The position numbers and the translations under genes are program-made. Below, piece after piece: positions 43,564 to 55,962 of a DNA stretch of 64,000 nt. A model generated the notes under the pieces. The model was not told where the DNA came from, searched no databases, and saw only the letters and a program-made list of their open reading frames with translations. The stretch is from positions 25,468,225 through 25,532,224 of the forward strand of contig CM120640.1 in assembly GCA_051362555.1 (NCBI GenBank). Direction: 5' to 3'. Positions within the stretch are counted from its first letter, which is position 1. Each line of letters begins with the position of its first letter. Source of the DNA: Lingula anatina. Its lineage: Eukaryota > Animalia > Brachiopoda.

Positions 43564-46031
43564 ATGATATCGCGTTTACTTAATTGCTGTTTGAGAGTGA
43601 TTATTTTCATTGAGCGTTCCTAATTGGCTATCAATTTTGTTGATAGCTTTAACATCTACAAACAGAGAACTTGAGAGCCCGTGTTGCAAAACAATGAGGC
43701 AAAGAAGATGAAACCGTAGACTAATTGCCCTGAATAGCTTTCTAACTAATTCTGTCATTACAAGCGACACGAAACGAGAGGTAATGCGCGCGGGTTGCAG
43801 TTTCCTCGTAGATTAGAGGAAAGCCACGCTAAAACAACACAGAACGGGATAAAGAAGTAAATCCATGTTAATAGTTGCTGAGTGATGCCAGGAAAAGCTG
43901 CCGGATTAAAACGTACAGCAAACTGCAGTCTCGGCTGCTTGTAACTTGGAAGTGTTCAAGAGCCGAACAACCTCTGGGTTTGCCGAAGACAATCTTCCAG
44001 CGCGGCATGAGATTGCTTGAGATAATGAAACCTTATCTTTCTCCCATCAAACTCTCTTAATGACCCGGGGATGTGTTCCTGAGAACCGTAGCCCCCCGTG
44101 TTAATGAGCTTTTATTATCCTCCCTAGTTAGGCTCCCGTGATTAGCGGTAGATAAAGCCCTCAAACACTCATTAACACCCTATAGCTATTCAATTAAAAC
44201 GATGTTATCGTTCTCCTACAACCTGAGAGACCTGACCGATTCCCCTGTGTTACCAACAACGTGCTACCAACAACGGTTCATCAGAAACAAAAAACAAATT
44301 ATGTAAAGCAATGGAATTATCTGCCCTTTTAACACGGCTGCACCTATTAACTGTTTAATTATTTCGATCCGGCTAGGGCTTGCCTGGCAGTCTCATGTCG
44401 CTTTTATTTATAAATAACACTCCCAATAAAAGTATAATTCTTTGCAATGGATATTTTGTCAAACTTTGTTCAAGCGTTTTCAAAAGAACACATGTTACGC
44501 GTAGAAAGCATAGGACTTATTTTGGTTGTAAATCTACGTCTTATAAATCGCCAGGGTCTTGCCGAAGGTGTATCTAAACAGTCGTGTTTGTGTTCTTCTT
44601 ATCGGTAAATGTTAACTCCCATTTAGAAAGCGTCAGTTTCTAATTTCTCTAGCAATCAAAAAGCCGATTTAACGAACTTTCCCGCTTTATATCCTTTATA
44701 CCTCTATTAACCAACAGTAATTGGAGTTCTGATCACTTTTTTCGGCGGTTTTCGGGTTTTAATGATTGCCCTTCTCGTTATCTTTCCCCTTCCGAGCTAT
44801 AATATCCTAGTGGTTAAAGAGTCAAGCGGATGGAATTACGGCATAAACAAATGTTTCCAATTCCTAGTTTGATTGTTTACTGTGAGAGCGCGGAACGCAC
44901 ATCGTGCCCCCAACACGGCAACCGTGATGAATGTAAATTTTCTTATGGCTCATCAGGAAGCTCATAAAATCTTGCAAAGTGCCATTCGTGATATTTACAG
45001 GAATTATTTGTAACATTTCTTTGGCACTTATCTGATAAGAAATTTAACCTAAAATATAATCTTAAAACCCCATGACAGAACATACATGCACTTAAAACGT
45101 GAAGCTTTAAATAATGATTGAAAAACTAATCACCAAGAAATGGTGTCCACAATTCTGCTTTTTTGCCTGTTCATTTTTATTTCTCATGGCAGAGAAAGAC
45201 GCCCAACCGTACTTACATCTCTATCCACTGTAGATGTCCATAGGGCCCCTCAAGCTTGAAAATAGTTCACATATCATGTTGAATTGAACGTTTTTGCCAT
45301 CTGGGATTATTTCTGCGTGAAACAGAGATAGCACTTCACTACCGGAAAGAGTTTCATAAGATTGAGCAATAAATAAGGATTCTTTCAGATTTTAAGCACT
45401 GCTGGGAAATATTCCAATATTCTGAAAGAAAGTACGGTTAATGGTAACTTTGCGACCAATATATATAGCCGTCTTTCATGTTTTTTTCTTGAAAATAGTT
45501 GGCTGCGTATATTAAAGAAAAAATATTTCAAAAACAAAACAAGACTACTTGTTCTACCTTTATTAACAACTGAACAAAATGTCTTTAAGTTGCAAACCGT
45601 ATTGAATTTACATGTTTAAAAGTTAGATTGAATTTTCTGCTAACATTCAGTTTTTGCCGAAACCTTTAAGACCGCATCCAGGGTATTGGATGTTTTTCTA
45701 CCCACGAAGTGTGTATATTCGCGAAGGGAGATTTTGGGCTGAGTAATCAGGTATTGAAAATGACGGACCCGGAGCAATTCAGCAAATTTTTCACGCTGTT
45801 CACACTTTAATGAGGCCTTTGCCTACATTTGATGCAAATCAAGGTGCTGTTATTTTAACAATGGGTTAGCTTGTAATCATTACCTTCATACTTGATATTT
45901 GCTTTGAAATCGAGCGGCTCTTTAAGTAAAATACCAATTTAATTTGTCTTACAAATTAGAACCATAGCTACCCATTGCTTTGGCTTGTAAGTTTGCAGTA
46001 AAGGTGAAAGTAGCAAACTGCTCGCGACACC

Positions 46032-46044
46032 GTTGCTAGGCAAC
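46032..46044. promoter_or_regulatory. RFX X-box-like motif GTTGCTAGGCAAC
   Basis: Near-perfect palindromic X-box, 2.6 kb upstream of NK1-B. Confidence 0.4.
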
Positions 46045-49000
46045 TAGACTGAATTTACATAGAGGTGTTTTGCTATAGTTTGGAGAAGCGACGTAGAATT
46101 ATCCACCGTCTTGCAAGCGGTTAGACCCTGCAAGACGGGGAAATATTTTGGCAATTCCGTTGATAAATTAAACTATCGACCGACATTTAAAAGCAGGGCG
46201 CACTAGTCGTTGGCATTTCCCTGTCGATTAGGAGGGTTTGAGTGCACCTGATTTCGGGCGATTGGTCTCTAATTATTGTTAATTAGTATGTTAAGTATGC
46301 TCTGATCTCTTTGCGCTTTAGTGTTTTGGACCACACACTGTCCATCAATATCAAATAGAACGGAAGCATCTTCATCTCGGCGCATCTGTTCCACGGCAGT
46401 GGATCGTTGGGAAACCAGCTACCTATCAACGCCGCGACCATGTGAGCGTTCTTCAAAGACATACCATCCCGTGCTATACGCTAGAAATTAATTAATCATA
46501 TAAATAATCATTTGCACAGAGTTCTTCTGACAGCAGGTGCTTACATACTTACGATATCATAAGCTGTTTCCATCCCCGAAACACGCAGTTAACAAAAACG
46601 TTATATTTTGCTATAGAGGCTTATTTTTCTCTAATACCTATTTATAATGGAACTAGCTTTCTGAAGGGGAATTTCTACTGGTGGAAAAAAAGGAACAGAA
46701 AAAATTCAAATAACCATAAGTCCTTCAGTGCATTTTTTCTGGTGATGCGCTAGTCTTCACTGAAAGGTTTATAGGTATTTAATTCGCATTTAAACGATGT
46801 TTATTTAAACTTTGAAGCGAGCCCTCTGTGACCATATTCCGGCATCAACATATCTGGAAAACTCATTCCGAGATCGATTGATTGTTTTGAAAAGTCTCGG
46901 CAAACGAGTGCGGCTCAAAAACGCTACGCCAAAAACGCTACCCGATCAATCAAGCGCGTGTCAAGACAATGAAGTCCTCATCAGTCTTTACAAGGACAAA
47001 TGAACACTGACCACCGCTCAACTCTGGACAATCAACGATCTTGGACAAATGTAAAGCTGTCACTGAGAAATGTTAATAGACCTTTCAGTCTCTGAATGTT
47101 TCTGTTGAAAGTATGTGGCGGTTGTGAACTCATTGACTCTATGATGGAAATCGGGATCGATGCAAGGTGACATACGCAAATAGACGCCATCCAATTTATT
47201 TTCAATAAAAGCGTTTTTCGTCGTTTCCGAAATTTTCTTTTACTCTTTCACGCGAAAAGTGAGCATTTAGTGTGCCCCAACTTGAATTTCGATCAGTTCC
47301 CGATCTTTAAATGTGTCTGTCAACAGTTTGCACTTGTTGATTGGGTGCGTCGCGGGGAAATTGTTTGAAGTGCCGTTTTATGAAGACGATGAAAACGATG
47401 ACACCCGCACCCTGTCCATCAATTGTCAAAGCTGCCCTCAGTAGAAGGAACCCCAATTGAACCCAATTCGAGCGGCAAACACACGGGTAAATATTACTTT
47501 CTGCTTCACCTGTGTTAATAACATTTACTTCTTTTCTCCTTTTTGCTTGCTAGCTCCGGAAGATACCTTGGTCCCCGCATTTTTTTCTGCGGGGCTTTTG
47601 ATCACATAACACTAATTTGATTTTTTTATCAAATGAAATTAACAGAGGCACATTGAACCACTTGTCAAGACTAGGTCGGTTGTCAACAGCTACTGCCGAA
47701 AACGCATTTACATCGACCAACAAAGCCTGCGTTATTTCCTCTTTTTTATTTCTATGGGCTATTATTTGTTGTGTATTTTCTTCACAGTTATGGCTGTTTT
47801 CGATAAGTTTGTGATTTGAATTTATAAAATCAAAGTCGAGCAAAGGCCAAATCCACGCGCAACTTCTTGACATAAGTGACCAATAAACAAGCGACCCTAA
47901 TGTCACGTGTCGCTCCCTTTGAAGTCGGAACCCGCCGCCTTCCATCTGGCCTATCTCTGCCATGCATCTTGGGCACATTCAATGCTCTTATTTGTTGGAA
48001 CATGGCATCCTTTGACAGTCAGTTTTCGGAGTTTCGCCTTCATTATGACGGCAGCAATAAACAGCTTATCAGTTTAAGCAACTCCTGGTTAGCCCATTCA
48101 AGTCTATTAAAGCTATTAGTTCGGATCGAGGCCCAACAAAGAGCTACCTAATGAAAAAAGCTATATTCAATCTAAATGTAAAATTTGTTGATAAAAGCGG
48201 AAGAATGTCAACTGGCAATAGAACCTAACACACCCCTATAGTCGGAGACGCCTTTGTAATTGAATCAATGGCAATTTAATTATTGTGTTATTACAGATGA
48301 TTTCATACTTTTATTGGGCAACAAATAGCGTCATTTAATGCGGAAAGGGTGTTTATTTACCAAAGGGTCTCGTCGATAAGGAACAAGCGCTTTCGGCAAA
48401 GCTTCGCGGGGTACGAGCATCGGATCACAATACGACACTGAATTGATTTCAATTTGCAGCGAATGCAGATATTAATCTCTATTTGTTAAGATACAACTTG
48501 ATCATCTGCGCCTACGATAAAAGCGAGGTATGCCAGCAATGTTTAAGGCTATCGAAGCCTATTGTTTTTGGTACTTTGTGTCAGATTAGGCGGTCCTTTG
48601 GCCGAGGCCGATAGCCATCGCTACTAATATTGTGCCAATAGAGTAACAAAGGCAGTGCCCTTTGGGAGGCACGGTGTGACGAGGCCCCGGCAGCTGCATG
48701 GCAGGCCGCGTAGCCAAGCTGCTCTTTTCAGTACCGATTATTTAAATTTGATAAAGAAAACCATTGAATTTTCGAGAAAAGAGCCTGCAAACTGCAAATT
48801 AATAATTTTGCACATTGAAAAGGCCGTTCATTTTCAATATTGGTGAGTTTTCACAGTGAATTACAAATGGAATTTCAAATTATTCAAATGTTTTGTATGA
48901 GTCATGAGTGGGAAAATAATTTTCATGTAGATAAAATGTTAAATGTTATAGTGTTTACGTAAACTATTCATTAAAACCCATATGTTACAGCGTTGTTAAT

Positions 49001-49460
49001 TTAACCTGCGTAAAACTACATCACTAATAAGTAACTAATCGCCTAGCCTCTCTATTTTAAAGAAAAATGAATTTAAAAAACGCGTTTATTGCTGCCTGTA
49101 ATAACTTTCCTCATTTTTTCCCATATATTGTAACATGTCTTTAAAATTACTTAAGATATAATTTTTGATAAATTCAATAAATAATCAAATGAATAAAATA
49201 GATTACAACGTAAATAGACACATGATAGATATAAGTGGCTAGATCAAAAAAATAAACATATACATACACACGTAAACATGAATTTGGTAAAGGAGTCGAT
49301 TCTCGAATTTACAGTTCATTAGTCAATCACTTTATATATTTCCCCTTTTTTTTGCTTGTTTCTGTTCTCTTTGTTTTTTTCACACACTTTAATAGTAGGG
49401 GCAATAATCTTGGATAAACTCTTCCTTATTATTCCCCAATCAGTAGCCTGTTTCAATTTC

Positions 49461-49462
<2 letters not shown>

Positions 49463-49530
<68 letters not shown>
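49463..49530. repeat. (TAT)n microsatellite
   Basis: Seen directly; it explains the poly-Tyr spurious ORF. Confidence 0.95.
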
Positions 49531-52500
49531 TAGCAGCATATATATTTCAATGTATTCAACGCGCATCATGCAAAATTTATTCTTTCAAACTATTAAGAAG
49601 TGAGGATAATTTTTCTTAGACGTCTCTCCTGAAGGTGACTATGTAACATTCAGGTTTGAGCACCAGTCTACAGGTGTCGCGTTATCAGCAACCGCCCAAA
49701 AGAAACTGAAGCACATCGGTTGAGTGCAGATCCTAGGGCTGTGCCTTGTAGGTACGGCATTTTATATAGATAGACTTGTTTTCTACTAGCCTTTCCTAAA
49801 GGAACTCTGCAAATCCCCGGAACACGCCGAGAATGCTACCGTTCCCCAGGTGTTTACGTTAATTAATCGATCATTTTCCGACACTGTCAACCTTTTGCAT
49901 TTTAAACAACGAACAACTGACGTTTAATTACCAAGCCATGTATCGTTTTTCGGTTTATTTGCTCGTGCTTTGAGTACCGATCATTTTCTGCTCATGAGCG
50001 AGACATACCTGGGAAAAAGGTATCCTAAAGTCCAATTTGTCAGAACTCACTGCGGCTTATCATTCGGCCCAGCAAAAAGGTGGCAAAGATCACATATTTT
50101 CAGCAAGCCTATTTAAAATAACACGTTGATAAATCATTTAGCTTCTGAAAGGGCAATTGTTTCCAATTATCACAAACTTTCCAAACTCGGAGTTGTCGAA
50201 TGGGGGAAGAACATGAACAGATGTATCGTATAAGGCACGGGCCAATCTTCCCCCAAATTACTCGTTGTTAGCATTCCCCCAGAGTTTAGAGAAGAAAAAA
50301 AAAAGACAAGAAGAGGTTTATCTGGTATACCAGTCAGTGGGAGGCCTAGGTGTCCATTATATCTGGTAACAACGCATAGGAAATGTATCGATCTGTTATA
50401 TCTACAAAAAACCAAATTGCTATGAGGATCATTCACAAGTAATTTGCACAACGTGACTTTACACAGGCGATTTAATATACATAATTTCCTCGATTTTTTT
50501 AATCAACACAAAAACGTATTTGTTTTTCCTTCCTTGTGTCGGGAGAGATAAGTTTTCTTTATAGATCTATAGGCGAATCACATACAATTCTCACATCAGA
50601 TAATACACTTTAGATATACAGTGTATGAATGACCTCGAAATTACTTCAATGGTGAATGAAGATCTTCAAATGTAAATGTCTATTAATATAAAGACTGTGT
50701 CAGAGAACCTATGAAATATGGTCAGATTAATGGCGAAGTGTGATATTGCCGGATCAGATGTCTGATTTCAGCTTCAATTTCTCACAAGCTGACTGTGTGA
50801 AAGTCGCAGCTCGAGGTGCAGTGCGTTACGTCCTCTGTTCCACTCCAAGAGACGCATTCGAGTCCTCATGTCACAACTGCCGCGCCACCTGTCACGATTT
50901 CGTCTCGCACATGCCATTGCACCGCACGGCCTGCCGTGAATTATTTTTCAATTATTTTAACGATTTGATATCGCATGTTTTATTGCCTCTGCTCACTGAA
51001 AAATTGTTTCTCCAGCACCGCTGCTGTTAAAATGATCAAGCTGGCAAATGACTGAAACCAATACTGCTTAGGTGGGATCCTTGCTGACAGTTCTTAGGCT
51101 AGTGTCCTGTAGGTCGTTTAAAGTCTTCAAATATTTTTAAAACTAAGTTTTTATTATTTCCACTTCATTCCCTCAACCACTTTTCATGTTCTGACACCTT
51201 CAATTACTTTTGGTAAACGCACAACTGCTAATAGCGTCAAATCATCACCCGTCGAGCTAGTGTGACGAATGAACAGCATTAGAGCAGTTATTTTCCTTCT
51301 GTTCTAAGCTAAAAAAGATGATTAGGCATTAAAATGATTAAACTAAACTGCAGTTATGGCTCTCAAGCAAACTTTCAGAAGAACATCTTAAAAGAAACAC
51401 ACAGCCCTGCTAAATGTATTTAATTGCCATGACGAATACGGACGTGAAAAAAATAAATGAAGTTATGCAGAAAACATACCACACATGCGCCTGCCAATGT
51501 ATGAAAAAAAACAAAACAAAACAAAACAAGCTGATTTTAAAACCATCGACTAGATAATAAAAATCCATATTAGCTTTATCAAAATTATCTGAGCACTTAT
51601 TCAAATTTACCTAAAATGATGTTGCATTTTTTTTCAATGTAAAAGCTGGTGTAACTGGCTGAAATTCACTCGTTTCATCATATTTGGGAGTTTGATATCT
51701 CTTTACTTTATACATTTCCTCTAGTCTGTTTGATTGACAGAACCATTTTGTTTTTCAATATTCTTTCAGTGTACCATGGCAGAACCAACCTAGTCCAATA
51801 TGCCTTTTCGTTCCACTTCAACACGAGACAAGAACCACAGGTTATTTCGGTAAATAGAGTCAATTTACATTTCCGTTTTGATTGCATAAAACCATATATT
51901 GCAGGACAATATATAATCAAGTTTTCACGTGCTTTGTTTTGCGTAATACCTGTTCGTTTGAATTTGATTGACCGTTTTCACTAGGTGTAATTTGAAATTA
52001 CTAGAACGAATCAATTGCTTTATCAATCAGTACGCTACTCTACATGTTATGCAGGGGTGTTACGCGCTGTTGCAGTAAATTATTTCTTATCTTTGTGGAA
52101 TCAGAAATTTAATTATCGTATACCTCCTGTTAATAACTTGAGCCGCGACATTTTTTGTTATTATTTTTTTACATTATATTCTTTTATATTTTTTGGAAAA
52201 GAATTTGAAAACTGGCATTTTTCTATGCATAAACATTTTTCTGTTTTTACTTAAAACGACGTGCTTTTATCGCTGTACAAAATCAAGGACATTTTTTAAA
52301 GCTTAATCTCGGCAAATGGTTTAGCACACAGTTGTGTCTCAATATTCCATTTAAATCTCTCCGCTTTCATTTATAAATTGGCTGGGCTGGTTTCACCTGT
52401 CGTCAAGTAAATAAATTCACTTGTTAAGCGTTGAATTACTGATTAAATCTCCTTTGAATATCTTACGTTCCCCAGTTAACAAAGAATCCTCTCGTTATCA

Positions 52501-55170
52501 GATGTAACTCATTTGAGCGCAAAATATGTTCATGTTTATAAATTTGAATAAAAAACTTTCGCACCTCGGTGTGTGTGCGAACAGAGATGAATATGTAGAA
52601 ATGTTAAAGTACGTGTGAGTATGGGATATTCATTTAATTTGTTTTGTTTTTGTCTGATATCTTTACTGCAATAAAATTATGGTGTTTCCTGAAGTACACC
52701 TTTTTGAGTTCAATGGTGATACGGGAAAATACAATATTTTCTTGTGCTTGCAAGTGGTTATTGCAACGATGATAAGATCTAACATTCAGTAATACAAAAT
52801 TGGTCTCGGTCACTGGAGGACATGGGACATAAAAAGAGCTAGTCTATTTTACGAACGAATCAATGGTTTTCTAACAGCTAAACGGCAAAAGAATTCGCCA
52901 AACATGAATTATTTAGAGGATTCAAGCAGATAATGAGAGTTAATTTGACAATTTTACAGCGCCTGTAATTTTTCTCGAAATGGCTGCCACTAATCTCTTT
53001 GGCTATAAACCTTAATAACTTAAACAATTAAAAAGCTACAGAAGTATTTTTACATCATTTTACAGAGGAAATCTTGAAGTTTTTAAGGATGCATAAATAT
53101 TAATATCTCTGATGTTGTCATGATGGGTCACAATTTTGCTAAAACTCCACCGACATCCAAGCTTGTCAGCGAGCTGTGTATTTGCTACTATGAATTTTTC
53201 CCACGTCAAACATCATCCAACATCAAACCGAACGCATGAATTTGAGTAAAAAAGGATGAAAAGTATAATTATGAAACGCAATATTATATTAAACTTTTTT
53301 TATACTATATCTGATTAACAGCTAAATTATTGTGACAGAACATTCTTGTATTTTAACTTGAATTGTTTTTGATAAACTTAAGAAAATGCTGTAAAGAATG
53401 GAGATGTACCTTTACAAGGTTGTCAGTAAAAAAATTGCAGAAGAATTTGAAACAAGATAAAAAATAGTTGTTGTTTTTTTTCACATAATCTATTGCATTT
53501 TCAATCTAATTTCCTTACATTTCTAACTATTTGGGAAGTTATCAGCACAAAAAGCGTGCTGCAGATATATTCCTGTTCAACATAAATTGTATTAGTAAAA
53601 TGTGATCGATCCCTGTACAAAATTCCCAATATCATATTCAAGTCTTAATTAATCTGGCATTAGACAATTACCATTGATCTGAGCATTACCACCTGGTCGA
53701 ATGAAGGTTAATGTTGTCTTTTTTTTCCAATTCCTGATAGAACAATCAAAGAATGCAAATGAATCCTAATCATTTTTCGTACGAACTCCCCATAAACAGC
53801 AGTACAAGATGCGGACATTTTCACAATTAGATCAATGTATTCGGTTGTAATGGTCGTCCAACGGACTGGACTCGACAGATGATAATATTACAATACCGAG
53901 GATCTGTTCATGTCTTTCATGTCTTTCATTAATCAAATCTGAAGTTTACTATGATTCACTTTGCCCTGCGTGCTGCACAATTTTTCGTATCCTAAATATG
54001 TTTTAGTTTTTTTATCATCATAAGCAATGGTTTGATTTCTTTGAATCGCTTCTACAGAAAAATGAAGGTAAAAGCTCAAAGAAATTTTACAAGACGAATC
54101 AATTATCACTTAAAAAGGAAGATATTAAAAACGGATAATATAGCAGAAATCTAGTTAAAATTTCATTTTCAATGACATCAAATAAGACATATTGAAGTGC
54201 TTCTAGTCGTAAAATTGGAAAGAAAATTTTTTGCCCACACATGTCGTTTTAGTGATGAGTCTCATAAACTGAAGTCATGATCGTCCTGAGTGCGATGACC
54301 TGTTAACTCATATTGTTGAAACGATAGTAAATGTGCAAGTGCATCTTAAATACATCAAAGTCCCCATCAGGCGAAGAACGTTATTTCTCATCTTTTAGCA
54401 TTTTTAAATAATGTAGATAATTAAGAAACTGTGGATAAATAAATAGTGCTTGAGAAAAATAAACTATACGTCGGGTAGAATGTTAGTACAATGTTTCTTG
54501 GACGAAAATCAGCCTTGTGCAAAGTGATAAACGTTACTGGGAAAATACAGCGTTTATAGGACGCCTGAATATATATATATATATATATATATCAGAAAAA
54601 GCTTCCTTTATTAATCTTTTTAATATTGAATTACCCAATTACTCATTCACTCTTTTCATTTTTTAAATATTATATTTTATTGGTGTTGAACATCTCTCTT
54701 CTTTTGAAATCTTGACATTACATGCAAGTTTGAAAATTTCAAAATAGTAGACAAAATGAGTAATTAATTCTGATTTTTAAAATTGCAAATTTCTCAAAAA
54801 CATCTAGAACTAAATAATTTACATTTTGCAAAGCAGATAAATATAATATTGTCTGAAATAACGTCATATATCCCGATCCACGAAAACGCCAAGTGATGTC
54901 AAGCTATTTGCCCTTGAACAAATTAACCTACGGATTGTGTTAGAGAAGCGAAGAATCAGGACGAACTAAATTCACCAAGCCACATCATAACGATAGCCCC
55001 TCACAAGTCTTCCACACAAATAATGTACCACAATGAACGATACGCGGAATTATAATGATATATAATTTCAATTTTTCATTTTCATTTCTTCGATAGTGAA
55101 TGGAGTTGAAGGTCCACTAAGTGTGACTGGGGGAAATAAAGAATATAAAACACATTCAGGTATATTATAC

Positions 55171-55176
55171 TTTAAT
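55171..55176 (-). promoter_or_regulatory. Candidate poly(A) signal ATTAAA for the radical SAM gene
   Basis: ATTAAA about 310 nt downstream of the SECIS, followed by TGTGTTTT and T-rich sequence. Confidence 0.4.
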
Positions 55177-55487
55177 TACCATATAAGTTTAACTTTATAA
55201 TCATAAACTCACTAAGACGTAGTATTTTTACTTGAACCATACGTAGATCGGTCAGTACTGTAATAAGATTTGCCTAGGAAGAATTGATCATTTCATTTTA
55301 CTATGATGCGTTTATGGGTTCTTAACAATGTCAAATATTGGCACAATTCAAAGCAATAAGTGTTATACCTGCATATTAAAAGAGAACTTTTAAAATATAA
55401 TAAACATGTAAATGAGATAAAAAGCACAACTCTGGAGTATAGAATCCATCATACAGTTTGTATACCGTAAGGGTCCAACGATGCCAG

Positions 55488-55565
55488 CCAGTGTTAGACT
55501 CACTTCATCAGCTGTACACCTGGAATTTTAGTGTACAGCATCATTACAGAAATCCCACAGACTGG
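55488..55565 (-). promoter_or_regulatory. Eukaryotic SECIS element (type I-like) in the radical SAM 3' UTR
   Basis: Minus strand reads ccagtctgtgGGATTTctgta-ATGAT-GCTGTACACT-AAAATTCCA-GGTGTACAGC-TGAT-gaagtGAGTCTaacactgg. It has the AUGAN/NGAN core, a perfect 9-bp helix II plus a U-G pair, an apical loop starting AAAA, helix I GGAUUU/GAGUCU and an outer CCAGU/ACUGG pair. Confidence 0.9.
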
Positions 55566-55810
55566 TATCAGAACCTATGTTCTCAGTCTCAAAGGAGAAC
55601 AAAGCCAGCAGCCTAGCATCTGCATTGAATACCTGCAAGTTTCCGCCCATCATGTCCGTGTCCTCTGACAGTGTAATTGCAATGTCATTTCTAATGAATA
55701 TGAGGTTTCCCCCTAGAGCACACATGAGTGCGCTGCAAAATTCTGGAAAATTGTGACTCTTTTGCTTTGCTTGAGCAGAATCGTTGGCTTGCAGTAATCT
55801 GGTGCAGATA

Positions 55811-55962
55811 TTAGACTGTTGTTCCCTGTCAGCTGGACCCCATCCCTGCTGAGCACCCATAACAGTGATTGTCAAACCAGATTCTGGAGCCTTTTAGTTC
55901 ACCGGTGGAATGGATGTCCCACACTGTTAGTGGAGTCGTTTTTCCGACTATTGGTTCTTTTT
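55811..55962 (-). CDS. arsS: Terminal Sec-containing exon of the radical SAM gene (absent from the ORF track)
   Basis: After aaaaCAG the frame reads (E)KEPIVGKTTPLTVWDIHSTGELKGSRIWFDNHCYGCSAGMGSS-TGA(55831-55829)-QGTTV-TAA(55813-55811). Confidence 0.88.

Noticed and set aside
49356-49619. Poly-Tyr ORF; likewise the HT-repeat and poly-Pro ORFs at 1489-2296
   Set aside because: These are translations of microsatellites.
55600-55690. Second SECIS candidate (ATGATGGGCGGAAAC...)
   Set aside because: No correctly spaced helix II or 3' GA quartet could be formed by hand.
55829-55831. TGA as a real stop or a pseudogene lesion
   Set aside because: It falls at a conserved Cys position, is followed by a family-like QG and a TAA, and a SECIS is present. 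The gene has no other lesions.
55528-55875. 115-aa minus-strand ORF (MTITVMGAQQGW...) as the last exon of the radical SAM gene
   Set aside because: Wrong frame. The splice phase and the HCYGC...GSS motif place the true exon in another frame, interrupted by the Sec TGA; this ORF runs through the 3' UTR into the SECIS.
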